DNA of 64,000 nucleotides from an uncultured bacterium (lineage in GTDB: Bacteria > Patescibacteriota > JACMRA01). The stretch's first letter is position 1. The number at the start of each line of letters is the position of its first letter. The stretch covers positions 64,001 to 128,000 of the forward strand of contig CAWAQU010000003.1 of NCBI GenBank assembly GCA_963784355.1, in the 5' to 3' direction. The notes below the pieces were generated by a model, which was not told the origin of the DNA, made no database searches, and saw only the letters and a program-made list of their open reading frames with translations. A program made the position numbers and the translations under genes. Below are positions 30,997-41,207 of the stretch, in pieces.

Positions 30997-31956
30997 ATGT
31001 CAAAAAGATTTTTTATTCTAAAGAGAATTATTAGTAGATCATTGTTAATTTTAATCTCAATTTTAATCCTAAATTCCAATCCGGTAGTTGCTCAAAGTAG
31101 TTTTAATCCAGGATTGATAATTAGCGACGACACACTAACTCAGATTCCTACACACCTAAGCTCACAAGGCTTAATTCAATCTTATCTCGCTTCCCAAAAC
31201 AGCTTTTTAGCTAATTACAAAGTAGACATAGGTTTTGAGCCCGGTACTTCATTAGTTGACCCGGCTACTTTTCCAAGCAAACCTTATTATTTACAGCCTA
31301 AACAAACAGTCGGACCCTATGCAGGTAAGCAAATGCTAGTTTCGGAATTAATATGGCAATTAGCTACACAAGATTTTGGTAACGGCTGTGCTATAGTTTA
31401 CCAAGATTTATGTGTAAATAATCGCGAAACCATAATTAACCCCGCTTACATCCTGGCAATGATACAAAAGGAATCAGGACTTGTTTACGGTACAAATGCT
31501 AAATTGGATCCAAATTTAAGCTCTACAAAATTTTTACTTGATAGAGTTCTAGGCTATTATTGTTTTGAAAATCCTGACAGGTCAAAGTCCTGCTATGATG
31601 AAAATCCTGAGTGGAAATATTTTAAGGGGTTTTTCAGACAAATGTACTATGGTTTGAGATTTTTTAGAATTCATGAAAAAATGTGTAAAGACTCTAGAAG
31701 TTTTGATAGTTCTCATGACAATAGATTCAAAGTAGGTAATACAATTTCATTTGACGGCATACCTGTAAAGTTTGAAAATGCTATAACATGTGCAATGTAT
31801 CTTTACACTCCTCACATATATAATTCCCAATACAACAGCTGGGTTCAATTGAACTATTTTAAAGCTTCTGTAAACTTAATAAAATACAACCAAGAGGATA
31901 AAAAAGAAATAGATTTTAGGTTACCTGAACAAGTTGTAAATTTTAGACTACAATAA
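30997..31956 (+). CDS. Secreted protein of the FNPGxIISD / QKE(S/Q) / YTPH family (possible lysozyme-like fold)
   Basis: Signal peptide; SFNPGLIISD, LAMIQKESGL, GFFRQ and MYLYTPH motifs. Confidence 0.65.
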   Translation: MSKRFFILKRIISRSLLILISILILNSNPVVAQSSFNPGLIISDDTLTQIPTHLSSQGLIQSYLASQNSFLANYKVDIGFEPGTSLVDPATFPSKPYYLQPKQTVGPYAGKQMLVSELIWQLATQDFGNGCAIVYQDLCVNNRETIINPAYILAMIQKESGLVYGTNAKLDPNLSSTKFLLDRVLGYYCFENPDRSKSCYDENPEWKYFKGFFRQMYYGLRFFRIHEKMCKDSRSFDSSHDNRFKVGNTISFDGIPVKFENAITCAMYLYTPHIYNSQYNSWVQLNYFKASVNLIKYNQEDKKEIDFRLPEQVVNFRLQ

Positions 31957-33276
31957 CTAACTTATTAACTTAACAATCATATTCTCCCCTGTTTCTCTAA
32001 TTTTTATCTCAATCCCACCATTTTCCAGACTCTTTTTAGAAATAATAATTTGGACTGCACATCCTATTAAATCTGCATCTTTCAATTTCTCGCCCATACT
32101 AATCCCCTGTCTGTCATCCCACAAAATTTCTTCAGCTGAGACCTTAGTATTTTCAACCAAATTGAAGGTTTTATCATCGTTTTCAACTAAACTAAATTTG
32201 CCTAAATACAGATTTTGTGCTATACTTAGGATTTGATTATTTACATTTTCATCATCTTTTTCATTGATATTGGTAACAATGTGAAATTCAAAAGGCGCTA
32301 CTGTTTTAGGCCATTTTAACCCTTTTTCGTCATTATATAATTCAGCAACTATGCCCATGCAGCGTGTAATACCAATACCATGAGCGCCCATTAATGGGTA
32401 TTTATCTTCATTATTTTCATCTTTATAAGTTAGTTCAAAAGCTTTTGTGTATTTATCACCATATTTAAAGATATTTCCAACTTCAGCTGATACCGCCTTA
32501 GTTAAATTGCTAGGTAAATCACCTTTTTGCTTTAAATCTTCATAAACTTCCATATTACAAGCAAAATTGCCCTCCTCGGAATACAGTATCTCATCTTCAC
32601 CTGCCTCACATATAACTTGGAATTCATGGCTCATATTTTCAGTAAAAATTCCGCCACTTGCTTCTACTACATAAGCTTTCATGCCCATTTCAGTATAGCT
32701 AGCCAGATAAGCCTGTTTAATCATTTCATAATATTTATCAAAAGATTCTTGGGTTCTATGAAAATCATACATATCTTTCATTTTAAACTCTCTGCCACGC
32801 AGTATTCCGGATTTAGCTCTTAATTCATCTCTAAACTTAGTTTGTATTTGATATACAGATAAAGGTAATACATGATTTTCTGGATCTGTAATAGGTAAGT
32901 CTTTCCATGATTTTATGAAATTTTTCGCAATAGGTACAACCTGCTCCTCATGACTGCAAGCAAGAGCGTATTCTGTTTTAGTTTGGCTTTCCAACTTGAA
33001 AAGAATATCAACACTATCCCATCTGCCTGTTGTTTCCCAAAAAGCTTTTGGATGTAAACTGTTCATCAGTATCTCCTGGCCGCCAATAGCATTCATATGC
33101 TTACGGACAATATTCTCAATTTTATTTAGCACCCTAAGCCCCAATGGTAGATATGAATATACCCCGGCCATGGTTTTATGCACAAATCCTGCTTTAATAA
33201 GAAGCTGAGCATTTTTACTGGTTTCATCTGCAGGTACATCTCTGCTTGTTTTAGTGAAAAGATTAGAAAGACGCAT
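31957..33276 (-). CDS. proS: Proline--tRNA ligase (short type, no full editing domain)
   Basis: MRLSNLF, GVYSYLPLG, YQIQTKFRDELR, REFKMKD, SHEF and GIGITR motifs. Confidence 0.96.
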   Translation of the reverse strand: MRLSNLFTKTSRDVPADETSKNAQLLIKAGFVHKTMAGVYSYLPLGLRVLNKIENIVRKHMNAIGGQEILMNSLHPKAFWETTGRWDSVDILFKLESQTKTEYALACSHEEQVVPIAKNFIKSWKDLPITDPENHVLPLSVYQIQTKFRDELRAKSGILRGREFKMKDMYDFHRTQESFDKYYEMIKQAYLASYTEMGMKAYVVEASGGIFTENMSHEFQVICEAGEDEILYSEEGNFACNMEVYEDLKQKGDLPSNLTKAVSAEVGNIFKYGDKYTKAFELTYKDENNEDKYPLMGAHGIGITRCMGIVAELYNDEKGLKWPKTVAPFEFHIVTNINEKDDENVNNQILSIAQNLYLGKFSLVENDDKTFNLVENTKVSAEEILWDDRQGISMGEKLKDADLIGCAVQIIISKKSLENGGIEIKIRETGENMIVKLIS

Positions 33277-33404
33277 AATATGTTGTAATTATTTTGATTG
33301 ATAAGGTTTTAATTTTAAAAATATAATTTATCTTCAGTTTATCTAAAACAAATTTATCTTGGTCAACTCCTTAATTTATTTTAAATCTAATATAGACTTA
33401 AATT

Positions 33405-33432
33405 AAAAACAAAAAATTCCCTATAAGGGATT
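33405..33432 (-). terminator. Intrinsic terminator (attenuator) in the proS leader
   Basis: UCCC-UUAUA-GGGA followed by AUUUUUUGUUUUU. Confidence 0.7.
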
Positions 33433-33473
33433 GGAGTAAGCTTGAGCCAAAATAAAATAAATCCAGCCCAAGC

Positions 33474-33518
33474 CTATCTAGGCGGGAAATTAACTGAATT
33501 TAAGTTTGAATATTTCAT
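33474..33518 (-). CDS. Pro-Pro leader peptide MKYSNLNSVNFPPR
   Basis: ATG 33518 to TAG 33474; CCG CCT lie one codon before the stop; between a promoter and a terminator upstream of proS. Confidence 0.7.
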   Translation of the reverse strand: MKYSNLNSVNFPPR

Positions 33519-33527
33519 TACTCTTTA

Positions 33528-33557
33528 ATTATACCATAAATTGAAATCTGTTGTCAA
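33528..33557 (-). promoter_or_regulatory. Sigma70 promoter of the proS leader
   Basis: TTGACA-18 nt-TATAAT with TGn extension, 9 nt before the leader ATG. Confidence 0.8.
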
Positions 33558-33632
33558 ATTCAACTAGTTTTTGTTAAAAATAATAATTACTCAAATTGAC
33601 ACCTTTTATAACATATTATAACCTTCGCTCAT

Positions 33633-34277
33633 ATGACAAATACAGACTACACAATTTATGTTGCAAACACGCCAAACGGTCAAAAACCTGTAATCCTGCT
33701 TGAAGAACTAGGTATAAATTATGATATTAAATTCGTAAATTTCGCTAAACAGCAACAACACGATGCAGAGTACGTAAAACTAAACCCAAATGGTAAAATT
33801 CCTACTTTAGTTGATCATACAAACGGTAATATAATTTTTGAATCTGCGGCAATTTTAATGTATCTTGCTGAAAAACATGAGCAGTTTTTACCTAAAGAAA
33901 TCAAAAGAAAATATGAGGTAATTGAATGGCTTTTCTTCCAAATGTCTGCCGTAGGACCGATGATGGGGCAACTAGGCCACTTCAAAAATTTTGCTCAAGA
34001 ACAAATTCCATATGCTATAAATCGCTATGAAACTGAAGTAAATAGATTGCTCAAGGTTTTGGATATTCAACTTGAAGGAAAAGAATTTATTGCCGGAGAA
34101 TATTCAATTGCGGATATAAATTTGTGGACCTGGATTAATAGCTACGGATTTCTAAAAATAAGCTTAGATGCTTATCCTTCTCTTAAACAATGGCACGCAA
34201 ACATGGCAGCCAACTCCAAAGTACAATCAGCTTTAGCTAAAATCAAAGAAAGGGAAATGGAAGCCAAAGGAAATTAA
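33633..34277 (+). CDS. Glutathione S-transferase (YfcG/YghU-like)
   Basis: TPNG, NPNGKIP, FESAAIL, GPMMGQ and YSIADI motifs. Confidence 0.93.
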   Translation: MTNTDYTIYVANTPNGQKPVILLEELGINYDIKFVNFAKQQQHDAEYVKLNPNGKIPTLVDHTNGNIIFESAAILMYLAEKHEQFLPKEIKRKYEVIEWLFFQMSAVGPMMGQLGHFKNFAQEQIPYAINRYETEVNRLLKVLDIQLEGKEFIAGEYSIADINLWTWINSYGFLKISLDAYPSLKQWHANMAANSKVQSALAKIKEREMEAKGN

Positions 34278-34912
34278 TTATACCTACTCAAGTCCTCTTC
34301 TCTTCCGTCAGCTCCAACCTCAGCTTTATAATTTAATCCGTCTGCAAAAACCTTCCAGGAAGCCGGAATCTCTCTCAAAACTCCATACATCGTGGTTGAT
34401 AAATAGGCATCTCCAGCTATCTTATATTTTACCTCAAGCCCTACAGAATTGCATAAAAAAGTACTTCTAGGAATATGAAATAACTGAGTAACTACTACAA
34501 TGTTATCAAGCTTGAACACATTTTTGGCTCTCCAGCAGCTATCCACAGTACGCCTACCTGCATAATCAGCTATTACATCATCAGGTGGCACTTCTTTTGA
34601 AATCAAATAATCATACATCACCTGAGGCTCATTGTAATTCATTCTACGATTATCACCGGAGACTAAAATTTTAACCACTTCTTTTTTATTGTACATTTCA
34701 AGGGCAGAATCCAATCTTTCTTGTAAAATGTAGGAAGGGTTACAAACACTTAGTGATTCAGTGCGATCGCAGTAAACTCCCGCCCCTAAAACTAAAGCTA
34801 CTTTAAAATCTTTATTTTGATTTTGGCTAAAAGTAAATATGTTAAAAATCAGAAAAGGACCAACTAAAATTAGATAAATTGCCAAGCTGGTTTTAAGAAT
34901 TTTTATAAACAT
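34274..34912 (-). CDS. SanA/YdcF (DUF218) family protein
   Basis: VLGAG, LVSGDN, YNEP, DYAGRRT, TQLFH and LRE motifs. Confidence 0.9.
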   Translation of the reverse strand: MFIKILKTSLAIYLILVGPFLIFNIFTFSQNQNKDFKVALVLGAGVYCDRTESLSVCNPSYILQERLDSALEMYNKKEVVKILVSGDNRRMNYNEPQVMYDYLISKEVPPDDVIADYAGRRTVDSCWRAKNVFKLDNIVVVTQLFHIPRSTFLCNSVGLEVKYKIAGDAYLSTTMYGVLREIPASWKVFADGLNYKAEVGADGREEDLSRYN

Positions 34913-34929
34913 TATTGAATTATAGTTAA

Positions 34930-36477
34930 TCAACTCCACCTACCCCTATATTGTAAACTTTCTGCTAAATCTTTTAGTTCTATATTTTCGTGGCCAGCTA
35001 AATCAGCTATTGTTCGAGCCACTTTTAAAATGCGCATGTAGCTTCTGGCAGATAGTTTATATTTATCTACAGCTTGAGCTAGAATCTTTTCTCCTTGCAA
35101 GTCAAGCCGGCAGTATTTTTCTATCTGGGGTAAACTCATCTCAGAATTTGTATGAACATTTTGGTTATAAAATCTTTTAGTCTGAGTATCTCTAGCTTTT
35201 TGGACTCTTTGTCTAACTGTTTCAGAGTTCTCACCTAAAACTTTATTTTGTAGCTCATCTTTACTAGGCCTGTTTACTTCTACTTGCAAATCAATTCTAT
35301 CTAAAATCGGACCACTAAATTTAGCTTGATATCTAGCAATAGCTGCTCTATTTTGAGGTTTATTAAATCCGTCTGCATCGTTTGGATCGTATCCGCTTGG
35401 AGTTGGATTGGCAGCAGCTAAAAGGTAAAATCTACTTGGGTATATTACTGACCCCGAAGCTCTGGAAATAGTCACAAAACCGTCTTCCAAGGGCTGCCTT
35501 AGAGCTTCAATAGACTCACGGTTAAATTCCGGAAATTCATCTAAAAATAGCACTCCACGATGAGCCAAAGAGATTTCTCCCGGCCTCAATTTGGTTCCAC
35601 CGCCAACTAAAGAAATATGAGAAGAGGAATGGTGAGGAGATCTAAAAGGCCGCTTAGTAAACAAATTACCTCCATGCAAAAGCCCTGCTACAGAATATAT
35701 CTGAGTAACTTCCAATATCTCCTTTTCAGTAAGTCTTGGTAAGATAGTTGGGTAGCTTCTAGCAAGTAAAGTTTTTCCCGATCCCGGTTGTCCAATAAAC
35801 AGTACATTATGACCACCACTTGCAGCTATTTCTAGGGCTCTTTTAGCCATTTCTTGCCCCCTTACATAAGCTATGTCATTTATCAAAAGACCGTCTTCAG
35901 TCAAAAACTGCTTTTCATCACTTTCCAGATTTTCAAGATCCAAGGGAACAACCGGATCCAACTTGATTTCTTTATTTAAAAACCTAACTAGTGTATCTAG
36001 ATTTTCTATTGCAAATATTTCAATATCTTTAACCAAAGCCGCCTCAGTGACATTTGCTGCCGGTACAAAAACTTGCTTATAGCCTTGTTTTCTGGCCCAA
36101 AGACAAACCGTCAATACCCCTGTAACGGGTCTAAGTCTACCATCCAGTGACAATTCACCCAAGAATAGGGCTTTTTCTGGTAATTCCACACTAACATGAC
36201 CGGTCAATTTTAAAATACCTACAGCAATAGGCAAATCAAATCCTGAGCCCGATTTTACAATATCTGCGGGAGCAAGATTGATGGTAACTTTTCCCAGTGG
36301 AAACTCAAAACCGCTTTGTTTAAACCCGGATTTTATTCTTTCCTTGCTTTCTTGTATAGCCTTATCCGGCAAACCCACTACTACCACAGCCGGTAAACCT
36401 GGTGATAAATCGACTTCCACTTCTATTTCTCTAGCTTCTAATCCTAATGTGGTAGCCGTGAAGATTTTGGTAATCAT
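34930..36477 (-). CDS. comM: ComM/YifB Mg-chelatase-like AAA+ ATPase
   Basis: VGLPDKAIQES, NLAPAD, GQPGSGKT, PFRSPHH and LFLDEFPEF motifs. Confidence 0.94.
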   Translation of the reverse strand: MITKIFTATTLGLEAREIEVEVDLSPGLPAVVVVGLPDKAIQESKERIKSGFKQSGFEFPLGKVTINLAPADIVKSGSGFDLPIAVGILKLTGHVSVELPEKALFLGELSLDGRLRPVTGVLTVCLWARKQGYKQVFVPAANVTEAALVKDIEIFAIENLDTLVRFLNKEIKLDPVVPLDLENLESDEKQFLTEDGLLINDIAYVRGQEMAKRALEIAASGGHNVLFIGQPGSGKTLLARSYPTILPRLTEKEILEVTQIYSVAGLLHGGNLFTKRPFRSPHHSSSHISLVGGGTKLRPGEISLAHRGVLFLDEFPEFNRESIEALRQPLEDGFVTISRASGSVIYPSRFYLLAAANPTPSGYDPNDADGFNKPQNRAAIARYQAKFSGPILDRIDLQVEVNRPSKDELQNKVLGENSETVRQRVQKARDTQTKRFYNQNVHTNSEMSLPQIEKYCRLDLQGEKILAQAVDKYKLSARSYMRILKVARTIADLAGHENIELKDLAESLQYRGRWS

Positions 36478-36564
36478 GTGCTGAGCTAAGCCATTAAGTA
36501 GCAATTAGTCAAGAACTATATAAGTAGCAAAATCTATTTTAGAGGCAAGTAATACCAATATTAA

Positions 36565-37188
36565 TTAATTCCAAAATCTATCCACTTTACCGGGAAATAC
36601 CCTTAGAATAATTGTAGTGGCATAGATAAAAAGACTTGCCGGTGGACTAACTAAACCAACTAAAATTCCGGCTATATAAAAAGTTACAGCTGTCATCATA
36701 CGGTAATTCACACTCTTTATAAACTCTTTTGTGACCGAGCTATCCACCATTTTGTTTCTTGTAGCATATTGCCAAACGCCAAACAAACTACTAGAGCATA
36801 GTACTAAATTAAAACCGTAAATAATTACACTCACTTTCTCTAAAGGATAATCACCTAATAGAGCAGTTGAAAAAGGTACTAAACCAATAAACATTAAAAA
36901 TACTATGTTTAACCACAAAAATACCCGATTCCCTCTTGTTACAAAATTAATTTGATAATGATGTCCAATCCAATAGACCCCTAAAATTATAAAGCTAACT
37001 ACATAAGTAAATAGTTTTGGCCACAGATGAGACAATTCTTCAATTAAACCAGTAGTCAAGTTAGTATCATGAGCTACATCAGATATTTTTAGCTCTAGTA
37101 TGAGCAAAGTCATTACAATAGCAAAAACTCCATCACTCAAGCCTTCTATTCGATTTACTTTTAGTTCATTTTGTAACTGCTTAGGCAT
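36565..37188 (-). CDS. TMEM175/DUF1211 K+ channel family protein
   Basis: RIEGLSDGVFAIVMTLL and YWIGHH motifs. Confidence 0.92.
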   Translation of the reverse strand: MPKQLQNELKVNRIEGLSDGVFAIVMTLLILELKISDVAHDTNLTTGLIEELSHLWPKLFTYVVSFIILGVYWIGHHYQINFVTRGNRVFLWLNIVFLMFIGLVPFSTALLGDYPLEKVSVIIYGFNLVLCSSSLFGVWQYATRNKMVDSSVTKEFIKSVNYRMMTAVTFYIAGILVGLVSPPASLFIYATTIILRVFPGKVDRFWN

Positions 37189-37277
37189 GATAGAATTGAA
37201 TTGTATAGATTAAAATAATATTTCAACACTAGAGCAGATATAGATTCTAGTCAATTGCTTTTTAAGCAAGCGATTTA

Positions 37278-39113
37278 TTATATATTATTACAGTGAAATT
37301 CTATACTATATCTCTCCTCCGGAACTGCCTCAGCACCAATTAAAGTTTTTTGTTCTATCGAATGAATTTTAAAACTGGAAAGTTTTTTATTAGAATTTTC
37401 TAGAGTATCATTCCACTCTCTACACAAAAAATCAGAAAATAATTTGGTGTATAGGGACTTATCTGAATTTGCAGGATACTCAAGTAAGTAATTGCGCCAA
37501 CTCTGACTCCAAAATCTCCAAGGAGTTTCAGTCTGCCTGCTAAAACTAGGCTCACCGACCGTCTTACTCATCACATCAACTTTAGTACCGTCTACAAGCA
37601 CTCCGGGAATTACAAGCCAGCTGCTTACACTTGTCGGTCTAGAGGCAAACATTCCCCAATACTGATCTAAACGTAACGTGTAAACTGTTTGAGAGAAAAA
37701 TTTATCTGCAAAAAAATCTTTTTTAATAACATTACCAATATTCCAAAATAAGACTAATACAAGACAGGTAATTGCAAATCCTTGAGCTAGTAATTCTCCA
37801 AAGCGGGAATACACCTCCCTAGGTTTTATATAGTTTATAAAGTTTGAAATTTTATGTCTTTCACGTGCAATTATTGCATAAATTTTTGTGCCCAAACTAT
37901 ACAAAGGTTTTATTTTTAAAAGCCAAGCTAACCATCTAGTGAGCAGTTTATTTTCGAATATTTTTATAAAGGCATCTATTTTAAAGTATTTTTGTCCGGT
38001 TTCATCTTCCACTACAATCGAATTCATTGCCGGATCCAGATCATAAATTTCCTTATTATCTTGTATTGCAGACAGTTTTAAATTATTAGTTTTACCCAAA
38101 ATACAAACTCCTGTTTTGCAAAATTCACAAGAATTATCATAGTATATTTTTAGAGTTTGCTTGCTTTTAACAGCTCTCTTTTCTAAAAAGTCCCAAAAAG
38201 AACTAGGTAAAAACAATAACAGGCCTGCATAGCAAAAAAGTTGGAAAAGCCCAGCATACAGCATCAAGGATAGCATCCCATGAACATATGTGAAAAATAC
38301 AAATAGGCTTAAATAGCGCAGTTTTTTAGTGAAAATTGGAGAAAAGAGTAAAAGTGGCCCCAAGAATTGAAAATAAATATAAACGATAGTTCCCAATTTC
38401 ATAAGTACCGGGTAATCAAGCAAATAATATCCAAAAGGTGTTACTATATAGTTAACTTGCATGGAATATTCTACTGCAGTAAAACCCCGATTATAATTAA
38501 ACAAATCCAAAACATTATGTGTTTGTGCAAAAATACCCTTCCATTCAAATGAATCTTTTAAAAACCAATTTATTATATAGAATAAGAACATTTGTAGCAA
38601 AACAGCCACAGTAGCCACGGAAAGCCAGGTATTTTTCTTAATCTGCTCATTTACTTGCCAAATTGAATCTAGAGACCACTTTTTTCCAAGCGGAAGTAAC
38701 ATACCCCAAAATAGCAACATTCGAAATAGCTGATCACCGTAATTTAATACTAAGGGATTTCTATTTTGCAGAGAAACAAGTAAAAACCATGAAACCACTG
38801 TTGACAGCCTACTTCTATATCCAACTATTAATGAGAGAGCAAAAAATAACTGAATTGCAAATAAAAATACTTGAAACCAATAATTGCCACTTGCTAGATG
38901 TATTGAAATAAAACTGGGATTAATCAGCTCGAAAAAGCTATTCCTTGGAAGAATACCGCTGTCAGTGTAAAAAGCATACAGATTCAAAAATTTAGGACCT
39001 AAATATATTAAAATTGTGGTACCAAGTACAATTCTAAAAGCAGCTAATGCCCTTAAATCAATTGAAAATAAGTCTCTGAATTTTGACTTAAGTAAGTTAA
39101 ATGTTGGACGCAT
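37278..39113 (-). CDS. HTTM-domain membrane protein with an inserted DCC1/DUF393 (DxxCxxC) domain
   Basis: DLRALAAFRI, FYTDSGILPR, RNPLVLNYGD, YYDNSCEFC and DQYWGMFA motifs. Confidence 0.85.
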   Translation of the reverse strand: MRPTFNLLKSKFRDLFSIDLRALAAFRIVLGTTILIYLGPKFLNLYAFYTDSGILPRNSFFELINPSFISIHLASGNYWFQVFLFAIQLFFALSLIVGYRSRLSTVVSWFLLVSLQNRNPLVLNYGDQLFRMLLFWGMLLPLGKKWSLDSIWQVNEQIKKNTWLSVATVAVLLQMFLFYIINWFLKDSFEWKGIFAQTHNVLDLFNYNRGFTAVEYSMQVNYIVTPFGYYLLDYPVLMKLGTIVYIYFQFLGPLLLFSPIFTKKLRYLSLFVFFTYVHGMLSLMLYAGLFQLFCYAGLLLFLPSSFWDFLEKRAVKSKQTLKIYYDNSCEFCKTGVCILGKTNNLKLSAIQDNKEIYDLDPAMNSIVVEDETGQKYFKIDAFIKIFENKLLTRWLAWLLKIKPLYSLGTKIYAIIARERHKISNFINYIKPREVYSRFGELLAQGFAITCLVLVLFWNIGNVIKKDFFADKFFSQTVYTLRLDQYWGMFASRPTSVSSWLVIPGVLVDGTKVDVMSKTVGEPSFSRQTETPWRFWSQSWRNYLLEYPANSDKSLYTKLFSDFLCREWNDTLENSNKKLSSFKIHSIEQKTLIGAEAVPEERYSIEFHCNNI

Positions 39114-39167
39114 ACATTGTATTATACGTATTAGAATAACTCAACTAAATAAAAAGGTCAAATTAAA

Positions 39168-39869
39168 CTATGCCAAACACTGAAAAATCCTCAAATTAGG
39201 GTGTGCAAGCAAGAATTTAGCTGGAAACTCGACAGCTGATTTTTCTCCTTCCAACATTTCAGATAGGATATCACTTTTATTGTCTCCAGTAATGATCAAA
39301 AAAATTTCTTTACTGTTGAGTATACTCTCTACGGTCAAACTGATACGTTTGGTTACGCTAAAGTCCTTGGGTGCAGAGGTTTCAATTACTGTTTTTTCTT
39401 GGTGCTTTAAGTATTTTCCATTTGGAAACAAAGACGCAATATGTCCATCAGGCCCGACACCTAGAATAGTAAGATCAAAGTAAGGTCCATCCAAAGTTTC
39501 AAGCTTTTCAATGCACTCTTTTATTGTCATCTCAATTGGTAGCTTGGTATTAAAAAAATTCCATTCTTTTGCCTCTTTTACTGCAAGATCCAAACTATGA
39601 GCAATATTAAATTGATTTGATTCAGGATCAGTAGGAGCCACATAGCGCTCGTCTGTTTGATATATTTCAATTTTGTCCCATTCTAAAATAGGATTTAAAG
39701 AAATTCTTGAATAGAGAGGAAGTGGCGTTTTTCCACCTGATAAAGCAATTCTTGCTGAACCGTTTTGAGCAATAGCATCAAAAACTCGATCAACTAAAAA
39801 ATCTTCTACATCTTTGAAAAGTACATCTGGAGTTTCAAACTCAGTAACTGCAGGTCTATATATTTTCAT
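39168..39869 (-). CDS. pgl: 6-phosphogluconolactonase
   Basis: LSGGKTP, DERYV, SN, LGVGPDGHIASLFP and RISLT motifs. Confidence 0.93.
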   Translation of the reverse strand: MKIYRPAVTEFETPDVLFKDVEDFLVDRVFDAIAQNGSARIALSGGKTPLPLYSRISLNPILEWDKIEIYQTDERYVAPTDPESNQFNIAHSLDLAVKEAKEWNFFNTKLPIEMTIKECIEKLETLDGPYFDLTILGVGPDGHIASLFPNGKYLKHQEKTVIETSAPKDFSVTKRISLTVESILNSKEIFLIITGDNKSDILSEMLEGEKSAVEFPAKFLLAHPNLRIFQCLA

Positions 39870-39870
39870 G

Positions 39871-40083
39871 CTATCTAAGGCTACTTAAGAAACTTATTAA
39901 AAAGGGATTAACTAAATATAAAATAATTGACAGTACAATACACCCTATACCTGGAGACAATAAATTAAAGCCCCCTTCCTTTTTGCCTCCACCAAAAATT
40001 AATCCAATCAAGCTAACTAAAACCAATATGATGCCTGCTGCTCCAAAAAAATATGGAAGCCGTGTTAAAATATTTTCAATCAT
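39871..40083 (-). CDS. Small two-TM membrane protein
   Basis: 70-aa hydrophobic ORF abutting pgl. Confidence 0.7.
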   Translation of the reverse strand: MIENILTRLPYFFGAAGIILVLVSLIGLIFGGGKKEGGFNLLSPGIGCIVLSIILYLVNPFLISFLSSLR

Positions 40084-40217
40084 AAAATTAAATTGTTTAT
40101 TAGTAATCAGAATACTTAGTTACTTGCAACGGAGTTAAAATCTGTAAGTTTTTGTTTCCAAAGCTTGCTTTGGTTTCTGATACTAGCTCATTTACATGTT
40201 TGTTTATATAAATTCAA

Positions 40218-40293
40218 TGGTGGACCCGGTGGGATTCGAACCCACGACCAAAAGATTAAGAGTCTTCTGCTCTACCAACTGAGCTACAGATCC
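40218..40293 (-). tRNA. tRNA-Lys(CUU)
   Basis: GGATCTG/CGGGTCC acceptor, GAAGA-CT CTT AA-TCTTT anticodon arm, GGTTCGAATCC, encoded CCA. Confidence 0.97.
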
Positions 40294-40412
40294 AACATGT
40301 AAAAAATAGCTTCAGTTATCATGTTTTGTCAAGATTTGATTTGATGAGCTAGAATGAGTTTACTGGCCGAGATTTTGCCATCATTTCAGAGGAGACTAAA
40401 CAATGACATTAT

Positions 40413-41195
40413 ATGTTGACACAAGCTAAAAACTTAAATGTGCTAGATTCAACCAGATTAAGTGGAATAAAAATGATAAAATTAAATCGTAAATACAGCT
40501 ACTGGACTCAAGAACAATTAAATCAACTTGTCGAATTGTTTCAAACTAATATTAAATGGTATAATAAGTTACCAAAAATTGAAAGTGCAGAAGCAAAAGA
40601 AGAGTTGGTTTTTTTGATGCAGGAGCTTCTCGAGCAAAACGCAATGGCAATAGCCAATAATGGGCCCAACACTGACCAAGACCGCAAAGAAATTGATACA
40701 ATTATAATTCACCACACAAGTGGTACAGAAGAAATTATCAGTCTTCCAGTTGAGCAATACTTAGACTATGTGAATGCACTGCAATTGTTAAGACTTTATG
40801 CTTCAGTTCATGCCAATCCAAATTACCCTGATGAGTACAACAAACCAATCTGGTCTAACCATTTCTATGAAGGCAAACAAACTTTTATTGCTTATCATTG
40901 GTTAATATGGCGAAGTGGTGAAAGCCGCCAGGTACTTCAAGATCACCAAATAGGCTGGCAAGCAGGAAATTGGACTTCCAACTGCAGAAGTATAGCAATT
41001 GCTTTTGTTGATAATCTAGAAGAGGCTGGCCCAACAGAGGAAGCTTTGACCACTGCTTCAAAAATCATTAAACAGTATAAAGAGAAGTATCCAATAACCC
41101 AGATTCTTGCCCATAAGGAAGTAAATACAAAAACTTCATGTCCAGGAGGTAAATTTGATGGTGAAAATGGATGGAAGAACCAATTAATTGCTTAA
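40413..41195 (+). CDS. N-acetylmuramoyl-L-alanine amidase (Amidase_2/PGRP-like); start may be 40473
   Basis: IIIHHT, IAYHWLI, GWQAG..N..SIAI, HKEV and TSCPG motifs. Confidence 0.88.
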   Translation: MLTQAKNLNVLDSTRLSGIKMIKLNRKYSYWTQEQLNQLVELFQTNIKWYNKLPKIESAEAKEELVFLMQELLEQNAMAIANNGPNTDQDRKEIDTIIIHHTSGTEEIISLPVEQYLDYVNALQLLRLYASVHANPNYPDEYNKPIWSNHFYEGKQTFIAYHWLIWRSGESRQVLQDHQIGWQAGNWTSNCRSIAIAFVDNLEEAGPTEEALTTASKIIKQYKEKYPITQILAHKEVNTKTSCPGGKFDGENGWKNQLIA

Positions 41196-41207
41196 GAAAA
41201 GTTGATT

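Noticed and set aside
40390-40429. GGAG-preceded mini-ORF MTLYVDTS* upstream of the amidase
   Set aside because: No terminator/antiterminator or codon bias; probably chance.
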